The notes under the pieces are model-generated. The model had not been told where the DNA came from. It did not search any database and was given only the letters and a program-made list of their open reading frames with translations. The translations under genes were made by a program, and so were the position numbers. From Gemmatimonadaceae bacterium (GTDB taxonomy: Bacteria; Gemmatimonadota; Gemmatimonadetes; Gemmatimonadales; Gemmatimonadaceae): 36,683 bases of DNA. Below are positions 36,625 through 36,683 of this stretch, one piece after another. Within the stretch, counting starts at the first letter, position 1. Each line of letters opens with the position of its first letter. The stretch lies in contig JBBDYC010000019.1 of assembly GCA_040901985.1 (NCBI GenBank), forward strand, positions 3,214-39,896, given 5' to 3'.

Positions 36625-36683
36625 ACGTCAAATTGCCACACCGGGGCGCTGCGAGCCAGACGTACGAAGGACGCCCCCCCCCC

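Noticed and set aside
1..36683. CRISPR array, tRNA/rRNA, transposase or integrase
   Set aside because: No regularly spaced repeats, RNA-gene signatures or recombinase motifs seen by eye.

Overview
High-GC bacterial window. Gemmatimonadota is an inference from the Kelch/Ig lipoproteins and the membrane Ser/Thr kinase. Left to right it holds: (1) a Kelch-PKD lipoprotein gene bracketed by a perfect 31-bp direct repeat; (2) an excisionase-type HTH + MEDS regulator divergent from an 8-gene chemosensory operon (cheW-cheR(TPR)-cheW-mcp-mcp-cheA(REC)-cheB-hybrid kinase, no free CheY), behind a near-consensus sigma70 promoter with 10-bp tandem repeats; (3) a frameshifted CMD/AhpD remnant, a second Ig/Kelch lipoprotein, a degenerate attC-like site, a serine hydrolase and a TetR/membrane-protein pair; (4) a probable glucosylglycerol operon (GH13_18 phosphorylase, HAD phosphatase, GgpS) with a convergent Na+/solute symporter; (5) a mobile mystery protein A/B (HTH/Fic) islet with phased operator-like palindromes, beside a truncated DoxX-like remnant; (6) a membrane Ser/Thr kinase bracketed by a perfect 28-bp direct repeat that duplicates the upstream gene's 3' end; (7) a broken GNAT gene, an MscS-like/MgtE-cytosolic/MgtE operon and an iodotyrosine-deiodinase-like nitroreductase. 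I see no integrase, transposase, rRNA, tRNA or CRISPR array. All family calls come from motif recognition by eye, not database searches.
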